Source: a virus (lineage: Duplodnaviria; Caudoviricetes). Taken from it: a DNA stretch of 64,000 bases. This document shows, one piece after another, positions 16,859 to 26,367 of this stretch. Within the stretch, counting starts at the first letter, position 1. Each line of letters starts with the position of its first letter. The DNA lies in the IMG/VR virus record IMGVR_UViG_2540341244_000005, positions 7,399 through 71,398 of that record, one strand, 5' to 3'. The notes under the pieces are model-generated. The model made no database searches. It saw only the letters and a program-made list of their open reading frames with translations, and was not told the DNA's origin. The position numbers were made by a program, and so were the translations under genes.

Positions 16859-17922
16859 CACAGAGCCTCCGCTGACACTGGGCCAAGGCGGGGCCACTCC
16901 AGGCGCTTGGCATCCACCACGGCCACGAAATTGCTTTGCGGCACGCGTACTTGCCGATCAATAACGCCCGGCAGGCTGGAGGCCACGGACTCGATTCGGG
17001 AGCGGTACACCACGCCGCCGGGCGGCAGCTCGGCCAGGGCGACGGACAAAGCCTCCTGGAGCTGGGCGGTAAAAAGCGCCAGGGTGGTGACCGTTGCGTC
17101 CAGGCGCACCGCCACCTTGACCGTGACGTTGACCGGCGTCGGGGACAGTACCCAGGCATCCATGCAGGCGGCCGGGCGCTTCTCGTCCACCACGGCCTGG
17201 GCGGCGGCCAGCACCGACGGCGGGCACGGCCCGGCCGGCCCCAGCACGGCCACGTCCACCGAGCCCAGGCCCCGCCTATGCGGGTAGGTCCAGGCCCGGG
17301 ACACGCCGGCCACGGACAGCGCCCAATGCTTGTAGTCGTAGGCGTTGCCCCCGCCGGGCGGGTGCTGCATGTAGTCCAGCAACCGGGCCAACAGCTCGGC
17401 GTCGGTCTCGGCGGCCAGGCCGCCGGACATCGTGAGGACGGCCTGGGACAGCACGCCCTCCGGGGCCTGGACGAACAGCACCGGCTCGTCGGCAAACGCC
17501 GGCATGACGCCGGCCGTGGCGGCCGTGACCGGCACCACCACCCGGCCATCCGCGCCCACGATGCCCTGGGCGGTGGTGACAAAAAGCCGGCCGGTGGCCA
17601 CGTGGCGCACGGTCTCCCCCGAGGGGATGACCGCGCCGGCCGTGCCCTGCACGACCAGGTCGCCGCTGGCCGCCATGGCCGGCTTGCGAACGATGCCGCG
17701 CAAGGCGGCATGGCGCTCCAGATATTCCGGGTCCGACGTATCGGGCAGCACCTGCCGGGCAATCCACAGCTGATGCTGATACAGCCCTTCGACGGCAGCG
17801 GCCACGGCCGTGGCGCGAATGAAAGAGTCGCTGTCCGCATCCGTTGCAGCGTCTGGGAGCAGGTTTTTGATGTCGCGCAGGTAGGCGGCGCGAATGGCTT
17901 CAAAGGTCGGGATCGTATACAT
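16858..17922 (-). CDS. Baseplate J-like protein (Mu gp47)
   Basis: ETDAELLARLL...PPGGGN.YDYK.WAL.V.GV.RAW. Confidence 0.92.
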   Translation of the reverse strand: MYTIPTFEAIRAAYLRDIKNLLPDAATDADSDSFIRATAVAAAVEGLYQHQLWIARQVLPDTSDPEYLERHAALRGIVRKPAMAASGDLVVQGTAGAVIPSGETVRHVATGRLFVTTAQGIVGADGRVVVPVTAATAGVMPAFADEPVLFVQAPEGVLSQAVLTMSGGLAAETDAELLARLLDYMQHPPGGGNAYDYKHWALSVAGVSRAWTYPHRRGLGSVDVAVLGPAGPCPPSVLAAAQAVVDEKRPAACMDAWVLSPTPVNVTVKVAVRLDATVTTLALFTAQLQEALSVALAELPPGGVVYRSRIESVASSLPGVIDRQVRVPQSNFVAVVDAKRLEWPRLGPVSAEAL

Positions 17923-17924
17923 GG

Positions 17925-18281
17925 CTAGGCCACCTGCACCGGATGCTGGAAGGTGGCCACGCGCCCCAGGGCGTCCACCACAGTGATAAGCAGCAAGCAG
18001 CGGCCGTCATGCGGCTGCTCGGAAGCCACGTCGATGGAGCGCGCCCGGCCGTCGTCAAGAAGCGGTTGCAGCGCGGCGGCGGCATACTGCCGCGCCAACA
18101 CGCCGATGCGCGGCAGGTCCTTGGAGCGGGCCAGTTCATGCAGACGCGAACCAATGGAGGTATCCGCCCACCACGAACCTAACGGCGTGGCGAGACGGAT
18201 GTAGACGGCGTTGCCCAGGTGGTTTATTCGGGAAGGCAGATATTCGCCGGTATATGGATCAATGCCCTTGTCGATGCCCAT
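17925..18281 (-). CDS. Mu gp46-like baseplate protein
   Basis: GSWWAD..IGSRLH.L.R.K....A.QYA..ALQPL.DDG.A. Confidence 0.9.
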   Translation of the reverse strand: MGIDKGIDPYTGEYLPSRINHLGNAVYIRLATPLGSWWADTSIGSRLHELARSKDLPRIGVLARQYAAAALQPLLDDGRARSIDVASEQPHDGRCLLLITVVDALGRVATFQHPVQVA

Positions 18282-18333
18282 GCCCGCCACCTTAGTGGCG
18301 GTGCAGGGTGGTGGGATAGGTGAAGGGGTTCAG
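18282..18333 (-). promoter_or_regulatory. Putative activator-dependent late promoter (copy 1)
   Basis: CTGAACCCCTTCACCTATC (18315-18333) identical to 31207-31225 with the same spacing to ATG; -10-like TAAGGT. Confidence 0.7.
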
Positions 18334-18403
18334 CATGTTCGTGGAGAGGCTAGGAGTACTACTGTCAAATGATCAGTAATTATCAAATATATGATGGGAT
18401 AGC

Positions 18404-19087
18404 ATGATTAACTTTTCCAAGAACTCGGGAATATTTCAAAATGCAATATTACTAGCTTTTGCAGCTATATCGGGGTGCTTGTCTCTGTATACGATGTATT
18501 CCAACGTCTCAAGCGGGTTTGGATATTTTGCTATTTTTTTATTATGCTTAATATTTATCAATATAGATAAGTTTGAAAATTTTAAGGCATCTGCTTCCGG
18601 AGTTGAAGCAAGACTTAAAAATACAATAAAAGAAGCAGAGATAAGCATAAATGGATTGAATAATTTGGCCATAGCATTAGCAAGCGGATATGTTACTATG
18701 CTTGCCCGCAGTAAGTCATTGCTAATGTTAAATCTCAAGGAAAGCAATGCTTACAAAGATCAGATCGAAGAATCACTAACAGAGTTAAATTTAGGCGACA
18801 GATTGAGAGATTGTTTCGATATTTGGGATAAACATATGTTGACTTTGTATGTGAATCAAATATTTACAATTACAGCAGAAGAAGAGAAGCTTTTGCCTAA
18901 AAAAGATATTCTTGAATGCGTAGAAGTGAAAGCCGGTGGCCCTCATATTTTGCAAATACTACCAAAAAAGCTTGAAATTTTGAAAAAATATAATTTGTTG
19001 ACAGAGAGGCGAAAAGATCTTCTTGAGGACTATGACTACTATGCGAAGAACTTTAAGCATCGACGGCCTGATGTTTTTTTTAAATAA
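18404..19087 (+). CDS. AT-rich moron, two N-terminal TM helices, unknown function
   Basis: Opposite strand to tail genes; very low GC; hydrophobic N-terminus. Confidence 0.8.
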   Translation: MINFSKNSGIFQNAILLAFAAISGCLSLYTMYSNVSSGFGYFAIFLLCLIFINIDKFENFKASASGVEARLKNTIKEAEISINGLNNLAIALASGYVTMLARSKSLLMLNLKESNAYKDQIEESLTELNLGDRLRDCFDIWDKHMLTLYVNQIFTITAEEEKLLPKKDILECVEVKAGGPHILQILPKKLEILKKYNLLTERRKDLLEDYDYYAKNFKHRRPDVFFK

Positions 19088-19122
19088 GCAAATGTGTTGC
19101 ATTTAGATCAACGAGATAGTTA

Positions 19123-19335
19123 TTAAATTGTCGATTCATCTACTTTAGGTCGATCCGTCGGCCCCCCCCCATCATTCTCGGGATGCACATGCCCAACCAA
19201 CGAAACCCCACCACTTACATGATCCACGTCCGCCGTGGACGTATCCGTGATATGCAAATTCTCGCGCCACACGACTTCGTAGTCGCCGCCGAACCCCAGC
19301 CGAGCCGATAACCCCATCCAATCGCTGGCCACTGC
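19123..19335 (-). pseudogene. Diverged duplicate of the 3' end of the gp45 spike gene
   Basis: GD..VWR.NLHIT.TSTADVDHVSGGVSLV.HVHPENDGGGPTD nearly identical to the C-terminus of 20265-20915. Confidence 0.85.
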
Positions 19336-19575
19336 GATAAGCGGGCCTGTTCATCGAATTATAACCAAATGAAGAACCTGTGCGACACAAACCCAATAAA
19401 ATTGCGAGAAGCATATAGACGGCGTTGCGCAGGCGGTTTATGAGTAAGGAGAAATATTCAAAAGCAAATCGAATATTATTTTTGTTACCCTTTATGCCTG
19501 TCTCCTTAGTGGCAGTGCTGATGGCTAACACAAATGGAGCAGCCAGGGAAAATCGTCTCTATAAAAGGACATCCC

Positions 19576-20253
19576 ATGAGCGACAGCCAATCATTAGCAT
19601 CCATTTCAACGATAGGCGGAATACTAAGCGGCGGCATTGGTACTTTTTTTGGTTTTTTTCTAAAATCATTATGGGATAGACACTGGAAGAAACACGATGA
19701 AGCAGAAACGTTAAAAAGAAACAAAAGACTAGACTTTCTTGAAAAGCAACTTTTTGAGTTTTATGTTCCTATTTACATGCGCCTTCAAAAGGATAACGTT
19801 GTTTGGCTCAAGGTTTACGACAGGCCAAAAAATGACAACATGAAACGACAAGTTGCGATTTCGATTGAAAGCAATTTTATTCTTCCAAATCACTATGAAA
19901 TAATTAAAATTATAGAATCAAAGTATCATCTTGCGCGAGCAGACGATGATCTTTCACAACAGATTTTTGCATACATAAAACACATGGCAGTATTCAAAGC
20001 ACTGCGTGAATGCGGAGTGTTGGATGTTGATCCAATTGAACTTGGTGAGCCATTTCCAAAAAAATTATTTTCTCTCATCGAAAGAAAAGTATCTGATCTT
20101 CAAGAGGAATATGACACGCTATTAAACATGGAGAGCCGCTCAAAAAGCGATTATTATTTTTCATTGAAAAATGAATGCTTGAACTTCAAACAAAACATTG
20201 CGCGCTATTGCAATAGGGATACGTTACACAAAATAATCGGGAAATATCTGTAA
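19576..20253 (+). CDS. AT-rich moron, N-terminal TM helix plus helical domain
   Basis: AAGGA RBS before ATG 19576; low GC; opposite strand. Confidence 0.8.
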   Translation: MSDSQSLASISTIGGILSGGIGTFFGFFLKSLWDRHWKKHDEAETLKRNKRLDFLEKQLFEFYVPIYMRLQKDNVVWLKVYDRPKNDNMKRQVAISIESNFILPNHYEIIKIIESKYHLARADDDLSQQIFAYIKHMAVFKALRECGVLDVDPIELGEPFPKKLFSLIERKVSDLQEEYDTLLNMESRSKSDYYFSLKNECLNFKQNIARYCNRDTLHKIIGKYL

Positions 20254-20264
20254 AACGATGTATT

Positions 20265-20915
20265 TTAAATATCTGTCGGCTCATCCGTAGGCCCTCCTCC
20301 ATCATTCTCGGGGTGGACATGATGCACCAGCGAAACCCCGCCGCTCACATGATCCACGTCCGCCGTGGACGTCCCCGTGATATGCAGATTCCCGCGCCAC
20401 ACGCCTTCGCAGTCGCCGCCGTCCCCGTCGCCGCCCATGTCCCACTCGGGGGCGTAGAGCCCGATCCGCTCGCTGGCTACGGCGCGGATGCGCTTGGCGG
20501 TCATGGTGATGTCTTCCTCGGCGACGATCTCAAGCCGCTTGCACTCGACGGAAACCAGCTTGTCTTCCTTTAAGGTGATCTTGGCCCCGGACTGGTTGTA
20601 GACGCAGACTTCGCCGCTTTTAAGCGCCTGCACGCGGTAGCTGCCGTGCTCGGTGGCCACGATGACGCCATGGGAGCTTTTGCCGCCAAGGGGCAGCACG
20701 ATGCACTGGCTGCCGGCCGGCGGGGCCGAGGTGAAGCCGAAGTGCTGGAAGACCTCGGCGGCTTGGAGCTGCTCGCCGGATAGACCGTCGGCTTGCAGCA
20801 ACTGCACGTTTGGCGAGGTGTCCAAGGCGGTCAACACGGCCCGAAATCCCAGGCGCACCCGGGACAGGGCGCGGGCGATCTTGGCGTCCATGCGGCGCAG
20901 GAAGTCGTTGCTCAT
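20265..20915 (-). CDS. Baseplate spike (Mu gp45)
   Basis: EVFQHFGFTSAPP.G...L.SGEV..Y...G; C-terminal HVH metal-binding motif. Confidence 0.92.
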   Translation of the reverse strand: MSNDFLRRMDAKIARALSRVRLGFRAVLTALDTSPNVQLLQADGLSGEQLQAAEVFQHFGFTSAPPAGSQCIVLPLGGKSSHGVIVATEHGSYRVQALKSGEVCVYNQSGAKITLKEDKLVSVECKRLEIVAEEDITMTAKRIRAVASERIGLYAPEWDMGGDGDGGDCEGVWRGNLHITGTSTADVDHVSGGVSLVHHVHPENDGGGPTDEPTDI

Positions 20916-22000
20916 AAATCCACCACCTTGGCGGCGCTTGCCGTCTTGCTTTTGCCCTTGCCGCCGCTGGTCTTGGCCAGCTCGGGCAGCCAGACGCCGT
21001 CTTCCTTGAGCGTCAGCTCGGTGATGCTCCCCTTGTCGCGGCCGCCGAGGAACGTGCGGGCCATCAAAAAATAGGTGGCGTCCAGGCCGTGGGGTTCGCT
21101 CACCACCTGCACCCGCTGGCCGGGCGTCCAGGGCTTGCCGCCGTCGCTTACGCGGTGGCCGCGCACCCGGGCGGTGATGGTAAAGCCCTCCAGGCGCGAA
21201 TCCATGAGCGTCTTTTGTGCCCGGCGCTTGGCCTCGGCCGCGCCGTCACAGTCGCCGGCCACCAGGATCAGCGGCCGATAGCCCGGCACGTCCGCGTCGG
21301 TCTCCTGGTGCTTGATGTTGTGCTGGCCGTCGGTCGTCTCGGTGCCGTGGGCCTGGCCCAGGACGGTCACCTCGCTATAGCGGCCGGAAACGTCCTCGGT
21401 GACGGTCAGCGACAGGACATTGTTGCCCTGGCCGGACTGGCGCAGGACCAGCGAGGCCACGGGCGCGGCGGTGTAATCCGGGCCGCCCACGACCAGCGTG
21501 CCGTCCGGCTCGAACCAGGCCCAGCAGCCATTGGCCTCGCAGGCTTGGGCCAGGGCGTCCCAAGCGGTCATGCCCGGTTCGATCTCCACTTTTTCCTTCG
21601 CGCCGGTGGCCTCCACCCGCACTTGGGACACGCCAAGCGGCCGCACGGCCAGGTCCACCACTTCCTGGAGCGTGGCCTTGCGCCTCGTGAAAATGGGGGC
21701 CGAACAGTCCACCAGCACGGCCGCGCCGTCCCGGCCGGACAGGGTCAGGACGTTGGTGCCCTTGGCCACCTCGCGCTCGATGCGGTCAATGCGGCCGGTC
21801 AGCACCACGTCTTGCCCCAGGCAGGCCTCCATCGCGGCCCAGGGCCGCACGGTGTCCGGGATTTTGCCCGCCGGGATGCCGAGCGTCACCTGCCAGGCGT
21901 CGGCCGGGGTGATCAGGTGCGAGTCGATGCGGTAGGTGGTCCAGTCCCGGTGTTCCCGGCCGGCCACGCGCACGGTGATGCGGTCAGTTTGCAAAGCCAT
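20912..22000 (-). CDS. Baseplate hub (Mu gp44/gpP)
   Basis: W..YRIDS.L.TPADAW...GRD.A.VLVDCSAP...WTPGQRV.V. Confidence 0.9.
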   Translation of the reverse strand: MALQTDRITVRVAGREHRDWTTYRIDSHLITPADAWQVTLGIPAGKIPDTVRPWAAMEACLGQDVVLTGRIDRIEREVAKGTNVLTLSGRDGAAVLVDCSAPIFTRRKATLQEVVDLAVRPLGVSQVRVEATGAKEKVEIEPGMTAWDALAQACEANGCWAWFEPDGTLVVGGPDYTAAPVASLVLRQSGQGNNVLSLTVTEDVSGRYSEVTVLGQAHGTETTDGQHNIKHQETDADVPGYRPLILVAGDCDGAAEAKRRAQKTLMDSRLEGFTITARVRGHRVSDGGKPWTPGQRVQVVSEPHGLDATYFLMARTFLGGRDKGSITELTLKEDGVWLPELAKTSGGKGKSKTASAAKVVDL

Positions 22001-23339
22001 GAAGCACCTGGCCCTGGGCCACGAAGTTGGGGTTGCGGATGCCGGGATTGAGGCGGGCCAGCTCGGCCGCCCGGGTGTGGTCGCGGTAGAGCCAGTGGGC
22101 GAGCAGCCGCAGGTTGCACAGGCCGGGGACGGTGTGGGCCACCAGCGGCGGGTGCAGATGGATGACGGTCGCCCCCAGCTCCTGGAGGGCCAGGGCGGCC
22201 GCGCGCACCTGCTCGATGACCGGGTAGGCTTGGTGCGTGGGCAGCACCAGCCGGTGCTCCTCGATGCAGTCTTGCAGCCGCTGGCGCGTGCTGCCGACGA
22301 CCGTCTCCACCTCGGCCGGGGTGAGGCTCGGGGCGACGGCCTCGGCGGCCAGCACCTGGCCGGCGGCGTTGGCCATGGCCGTGGCCCGCTCCAGGTTGCA
22401 CACGGCGGCGGCGATGGCCCGGGCCTGGCCCGGGAAGCTGGACAGGTCCGGGGCGGACGCGACCGCTTCCGCGCCGGTGGCCGGCAGGGTGAGGCTCGGC
22501 CGGGGCGCGGCCTCGCCGGTCAAGGGGCCGGTGGCCACGCCGCCGGCATAGGCGGCCGTTTGCAGGTGGTACGGTGTCGCCTCGGCCCCTTGCGCCTGGG
22601 CCAGACGCGGCAGCTTGTCGGAAATGGCGGCCAGGTTGGCGAAGCGGCCGAACTCGCCGGGCAGCCCGGCCAGGCCGACGACCTGGCCAGCCACGGCCCG
22701 GGCCTCGCTGATAAGCGCTTGCGGGATGGCCAGGACGTTGGAAGCCACCACCTGGGGCAGCCCGGCCAGGGTCCGGGCCGCGCCGGTCACGGAACGGATC
22801 GCGCTCAAGACCTCGCCCAGGACATAGGCGGTCACGCGCCCGGGCAGCGACGCCGCCCAGGCGACATAGCCGGCCAGGGAAGCCAGCCCGGCCAGGGACA
22901 GGCAGTTTTCCACCTCCCCGGCCAGCTCAGCGGCCTGGCTGGTCGGGCTGGCCGCCTTGGCGAAAAAGGGAATGTCGGGGCTTGCCTCGGTAAAGACCAG
23001 CTCCATCTCGGCATAGTCCGGGCTGTCCTCGTGGTGGTCCACCCGGTAGCTGCGGCAAACCATGTCCAAGGAGCCGAACACGGGGTGGATCAGTTCGCCT
23101 TTGCCCGGGGTGTCCAAAGCCTCAATAAGGGCGGCGACGTCCCCTTCGTAGTCGTCGCCCCAAAAGACGGCCCGCAAGGTGACCAGCCGGGGCCGCCGGC
23201 CCATGTCCTCGACTTCCGCGCCGTCGCGGTAGGGATATTCGTGCTGGACGATGGCCCGCTCGGTATCGTCGCGGCTGGATATGACGCCAAAAAGGATGTC
23301 CCGAAAGGAGGCGGGCAAAAGCGTGTCGCGCCAGGCCAT
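21984..23339 (-). CDS. DNA circularization protein (Mu gp43/gpN)
   Basis: MAWRDTLLPASFR...HEYPYRDGA.VEDMG...LIHPVFG; C-terminal RLNP.IRNPNF. Confidence 0.92.
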   Translation of the reverse strand: MAWRDTLLPASFRDILFGVISSRDDTERAIVQHEYPYRDGAEVEDMGRRPRLVTLRAVFWGDDYEGDVAALIEALDTPGKGELIHPVFGSLDMVCRSYRVDHHEDSPDYAEMELVFTEASPDIPFFAKAASPTSQAAELAGEVENCLSLAGLASLAGYVAWAASLPGRVTAYVLGEVLSAIRSVTGAARTLAGLPQVVASNVLAIPQALISEARAVAGQVVGLAGLPGEFGRFANLAAISDKLPRLAQAQGAEATPYHLQTAAYAGGVATGPLTGEAAPRPSLTLPATGAEAVASAPDLSSFPGQARAIAAAVCNLERATAMANAAGQVLAAEAVAPSLTPAEVETVVGSTRQRLQDCIEEHRLVLPTHQAYPVIEQVRAAALALQELGATVIHLHPPLVAHTVPGLCNLRLLAHWLYRDHTRAAELARLNPGIRNPNFVAQGQVLHGFAN

Positions 23340-23341
23340 GG

Positions 23342-25495
23342 TTACTCCCGCTTGGCTTCGGCCGTGTTGTAGGTGTTGACGACCCGGGCCACTTCGCGGC
23401 CGTCGAGGTGCAGCACGGACTCCACGTGCAAGGTGCTCTTGTCCTCGACCACCACCTTTTGGGCGTCGGTCTTGGCCTGGCCGGACGGCCCCCACAGCTG
23501 TTCGCCGGCAAAGCGCCCGGCCTGGCTGCCGCCCCACCAACCCATGGCCCCGCCGGCCAGGCCGCCCAGGACGCCGCCCAGAGCCGTGCCGACACCCGGG
23601 ACAAGGGATCCGCCGGCCGCGCCGGCCATGGCCCCGACCTTCATACCGGCGATGGCCGCCGCCAGGCCGCCGGCATTGGCGGTGTGTTGGGTGTTTTTCT
23701 GGGCGCGGGTCAGGGCGTCGTTGCTTTCCGTGGCGTAGATGTCCCAGGCGGCCAGCCCGGCCGTGGCCAGGATGCCGCCCTTGCCGCCGAGCATCCCGGT
23801 CAACCCGCCGGCCCCGGCCGCTCCGGCAGCGGCGGCAGCCCCGCCGGCACCGCCGGTAAAAAGCCGCATGGCCCCGAAGGCGGCGGCGGCCGCGCTCATG
23901 ACGCCGATGGAGGTGGCCGCCTCGGCGGCCACCGTGGCCAGGGTCGGGAAGCGTTGGGCCAGCTCGGCGGCGGCATCGGCCGCCGACTTCAGCGGGCCGG
24001 ACACGTTGCCCAGCATCCCCTGGCGCGCGATCTCGGCCTCGTTGCCGGCGCGCTCCACGGACGCGGCCGTGGTGGACTGGTAGACCTGATAGGCTGTTTC
24101 GCCCGCGCCCTTGGCGGTTCGTATCTGGCCCGAAACGTCGGCGATGTAGTCTTTCTGGTTGGTGGCGGCGATGAGCGCCAGAAGCGCTTGCCGGTCCTGG
24201 ACCACCTTGCCCACGGCCGAGGCCTCGGCCAGGTCGGTCATGTCGGACAGGATTTGCTGGCGCTCGCTGCCCTGGGCCTTGCCCAGCTTGGCCTTGAGGC
24301 CGGCATAGCGCTTGTCCTTGCCCACCACCTGCTCGTCTACCAGCTGGGCAAAGGCTTCGAGCGGCAGCTTGCCCTTGTCCCGCGCCCGGGCCAGGGTGCC
24401 GGTCAGGTCGATACCGAGCTTGGCGAAATCCTTTTGCGTGTCCTGGGAGTTGAGCTTTTGCAGCAGGTTGACCAGGTTGTTGCCGGCTTCGTCCTTGCTG
24501 CCGGCCGTGATGGCCGAGGCCTGGGCATAGGCCAGAAGCTGCTCGAAGCCGCCCATGGACTTCATGCCCGAGCCCAGGGCCATCATCTTGGGCAGCCATT
24601 TGGCCATGTCCTTCAGCTCAAAGCCGCCGGCCTGGCCGGCGGCCATGGCCTTGTCCAGGGCTTCGCCGGCTTGCCCTTCGCTGAAAAACTTTTGTTGGAT
24701 GCCCCGGATGACGATCTCGGCGATCTCGCCCGAGCCGGCCCCGGAGGCCGAGGCGAATTTCTGGATGGTGGGCAAGAGGCGCTGGGCGCTATCCGCCTTG
24801 ACGGCACCCGAAGCCAGCATGGCGTCCAGGGCTTCGGCGGCCTGGTCGCGGCTGCCGCCGCCCTGGCGCACGGCCGTATTGATGGCCCCTTCCAGCTCCT
24901 TTTTGCCGGCGATGCGGCCGGATGCGTCCCGGTCGGCGTAAGCGGTGTTGGCCATGAGCGCCAGGCGCTTTTCAAAGGCAATGGGCTGGCGCAAGGCAGC
25001 GGCCGCGACGCCGGCACCGGCGGCCAGGCCTGCCCCGGCCTGGCCGATGCCCTTGACCAGGCCCAGGGCTGCTTGGCCGGCCGTGCCCACGCCGCGCAGG
25101 GCGTCGCGCAGGCGGCCCCCGGCCCGGGCCGCCTGGTCCAGGCCGCGCAAGGCTTCATGGGCCAGGGTGCCCACGGACTTGACCGCCCCGGCCGCTTGGC
25201 CAACCGCTGCGACATCCTTGGCCGTCTTCCGGGCGGCCTGCCCCAGGGTGTCCACCGGCCTGGCCGTGGTGGCGGCCGCCTGGCCCACGGCGCGCATGCC
25301 CTGGGCCGCCTGGCGGGCGGTCTGCCCCAGGCCGCCCATGAGCTTGTCCGTGGCGGCGGCCGGGATGCCGGCCTGGCGCACCGCCTGGCCCACGCCCCGG
25401 GCGGCCCGGGTGAGCGTGTCCAGGGACTTGGCCGCCTGGCCGCCCATCTGATCGCGCAGGCGCAAGACGACCGCGATCTCGGTGGTTTTGCCCAT
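23342..25495 (-). CDS. Tail tape measure protein (Mu-type module)
   Basis: Ala/Gly-rich 717 aa; GQAGGFELKDMAKWLP motif; between TAC and gpN. Confidence 0.9.
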   Translation of the reverse strand: MGKTTEIAVVLRLRDQMGGQAAKSLDTLTRAARGVGQAVRQAGIPAAATDKLMGGLGQTARQAAQGMRAVGQAAATTARPVDTLGQAARKTAKDVAAVGQAAGAVKSVGTLAHEALRGLDQAARAGGRLRDALRGVGTAGQAALGLVKGIGQAGAGLAAGAGVAAAALRQPIAFEKRLALMANTAYADRDASGRIAGKKELEGAINTAVRQGGGSRDQAAEALDAMLASGAVKADSAQRLLPTIQKFASASGAGSGEIAEIVIRGIQQKFFSEGQAGEALDKAMAAGQAGGFELKDMAKWLPKMMALGSGMKSMGGFEQLLAYAQASAITAGSKDEAGNNLVNLLQKLNSQDTQKDFAKLGIDLTGTLARARDKGKLPLEAFAQLVDEQVVGKDKRYAGLKAKLGKAQGSERQQILSDMTDLAEASAVGKVVQDRQALLALIAATNQKDYIADVSGQIRTAKGAGETAYQVYQSTTAASVERAGNEAEIARQGMLGNVSGPLKSAADAAAELAQRFPTLATVAAEAATSIGVMSAAAAAFGAMRLFTGGAGGAAAAAGAAGAGGLTGMLGGKGGILATAGLAAWDIYATESNDALTRAQKNTQHTANAGGLAAAIAGMKVGAMAGAAGGSLVPGVGTALGGVLGGLAGGAMGWWGGSQAGRFAGEQLWGPSGQAKTDAQKVVVEDKSTLHVESVLHLDGREVARVVNTYNTAEAKRE

Positions 25496-25696
25496 CTAGT
25501 CCACCTTCTTGCGGCGGCGCGGGATGATGCGCCGGCCGCCCCCGGCCGGGGCGCGGCCGGTCAGGATGGCCAGATAGCTTTCCGCTTGCGGCATGGTCAT
25601 GGATTGGATCTCGCTTAACGTGAACGTCTTGCCCGCCAGCGCTACTTCGAGAGTCCGGTAGTCCCGGAGTCGGCGCTCGCGGGCACGAGCTTTCCC
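25496..25696 (-). CDS. -1 frameshift extension of the tail assembly chaperone (gpGT-like)
   Basis: In-frame slippery G GGA AAG at 25690-25696; -1 frame open to TAG at 25496 (LSEIQSMTMPQAESYL). Confidence 0.75.
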   Translation of the reverse strand, partial: GKARARERRLRDYRTLEVALAGKTFTLSEIQSMTMPQAESYLAILTGRAPAGGGRRIIPRRRKKVD

Positions 25697-25974
25697 CGCA
25701 AGGCTTCGTCGGCGCTGGAAAGCGGCGTGTAGTCGCTGTAATGCAGGCCGGCCAGCAGCTCCGGGGTGATGGCCTCGGCCGGAAGCGTGCCCAGGCGGGT
25801 CAAGGCGCGCGACCAGATATAGCGCGACAGCCGGGCCGAACAGGCCTCTTCCGGGGCGGTTTCAATGGCCCATTCCATGTCTTCAATGGTGGGCACCCGC
25901 ATCTCGAAGTCCTTGTGCAGCACGCCGGCTTCGTCCAGGTAGCCGACGAGCAGCTGGCCGTTTACGGTAATCAT
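25642..25974 (-). CDS. Tail assembly chaperone (Mu gp41-like)
   Basis: G.LHKDFEMR.PT..D; between tube and TMP. Confidence 0.8.
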   Translation of the reverse strand: MITVNGQLLVGYLDEAGVLHKDFEMRVPTIEDMEWAIETAPEEACSARLSRYIWSRALTRLGTLPAEAITPELLAGLHYSDYTPLSSADEALRGKLVPASADSGTTGLSK

Positions 25975-25977
25975 GCG

Positions 25978-26352
25978 TTACTCCTCCACTTTGTTGAGCG
26001 CCAACAGTTTGGCGTCGATGCGCGCTTCGTTGTCCACAGTGTACTTGCCGCCGATGCTCACCACGGCGCAGTCGTGGTAGCTCTCCCGCTTGCCGCCCTC
26101 GGTGACCGGGTAAATGGTCAGCTTGGCCCCCTCGACCGTGGACCAATCCAGGGCGTCGTCCTTGGGGATGGCGGCGGTGATGGACAGCTCCCAGGTTTTC
26201 ACACCCTGGTGGTAGCCCATGGCCCGGCCGGTGCGGTTCATGGTTTTGACCACCTTGCGGCCGGTCTCGTGTTGTTCGTTAAAGTCCACGATCTCGTATT
26301 CCTGGCCGTCGATCTCCAGAATGATCGCGCCCAGGTATTCTTTTAACGCCAT
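25978..26352 (-). CDS. Tail tube protein
   Basis: Directly downstream of the sheath; EYLGAIILEIDG...VKTMNRTG. Confidence 0.8.
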   Translation of the reverse strand: MALKEYLGAIILEIDGQEYEIVDFNEQHETGRKVVKTMNRTGRAMGYHQGVKTWELSITAAIPKDDALDWSTVEGAKLTIYPVTEGGKRESYHDCAVVSIGGKYTVDNEARIDAKLLALNKVEE

Positions 26353-26367
26353 GGTGCTGGTCCTCCG

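Noticed and set aside
19123-19335. gp45 duplicate as a DGR template repeat
   Set aside because: Differences are not confined to adenines, include indels, and no RT is present
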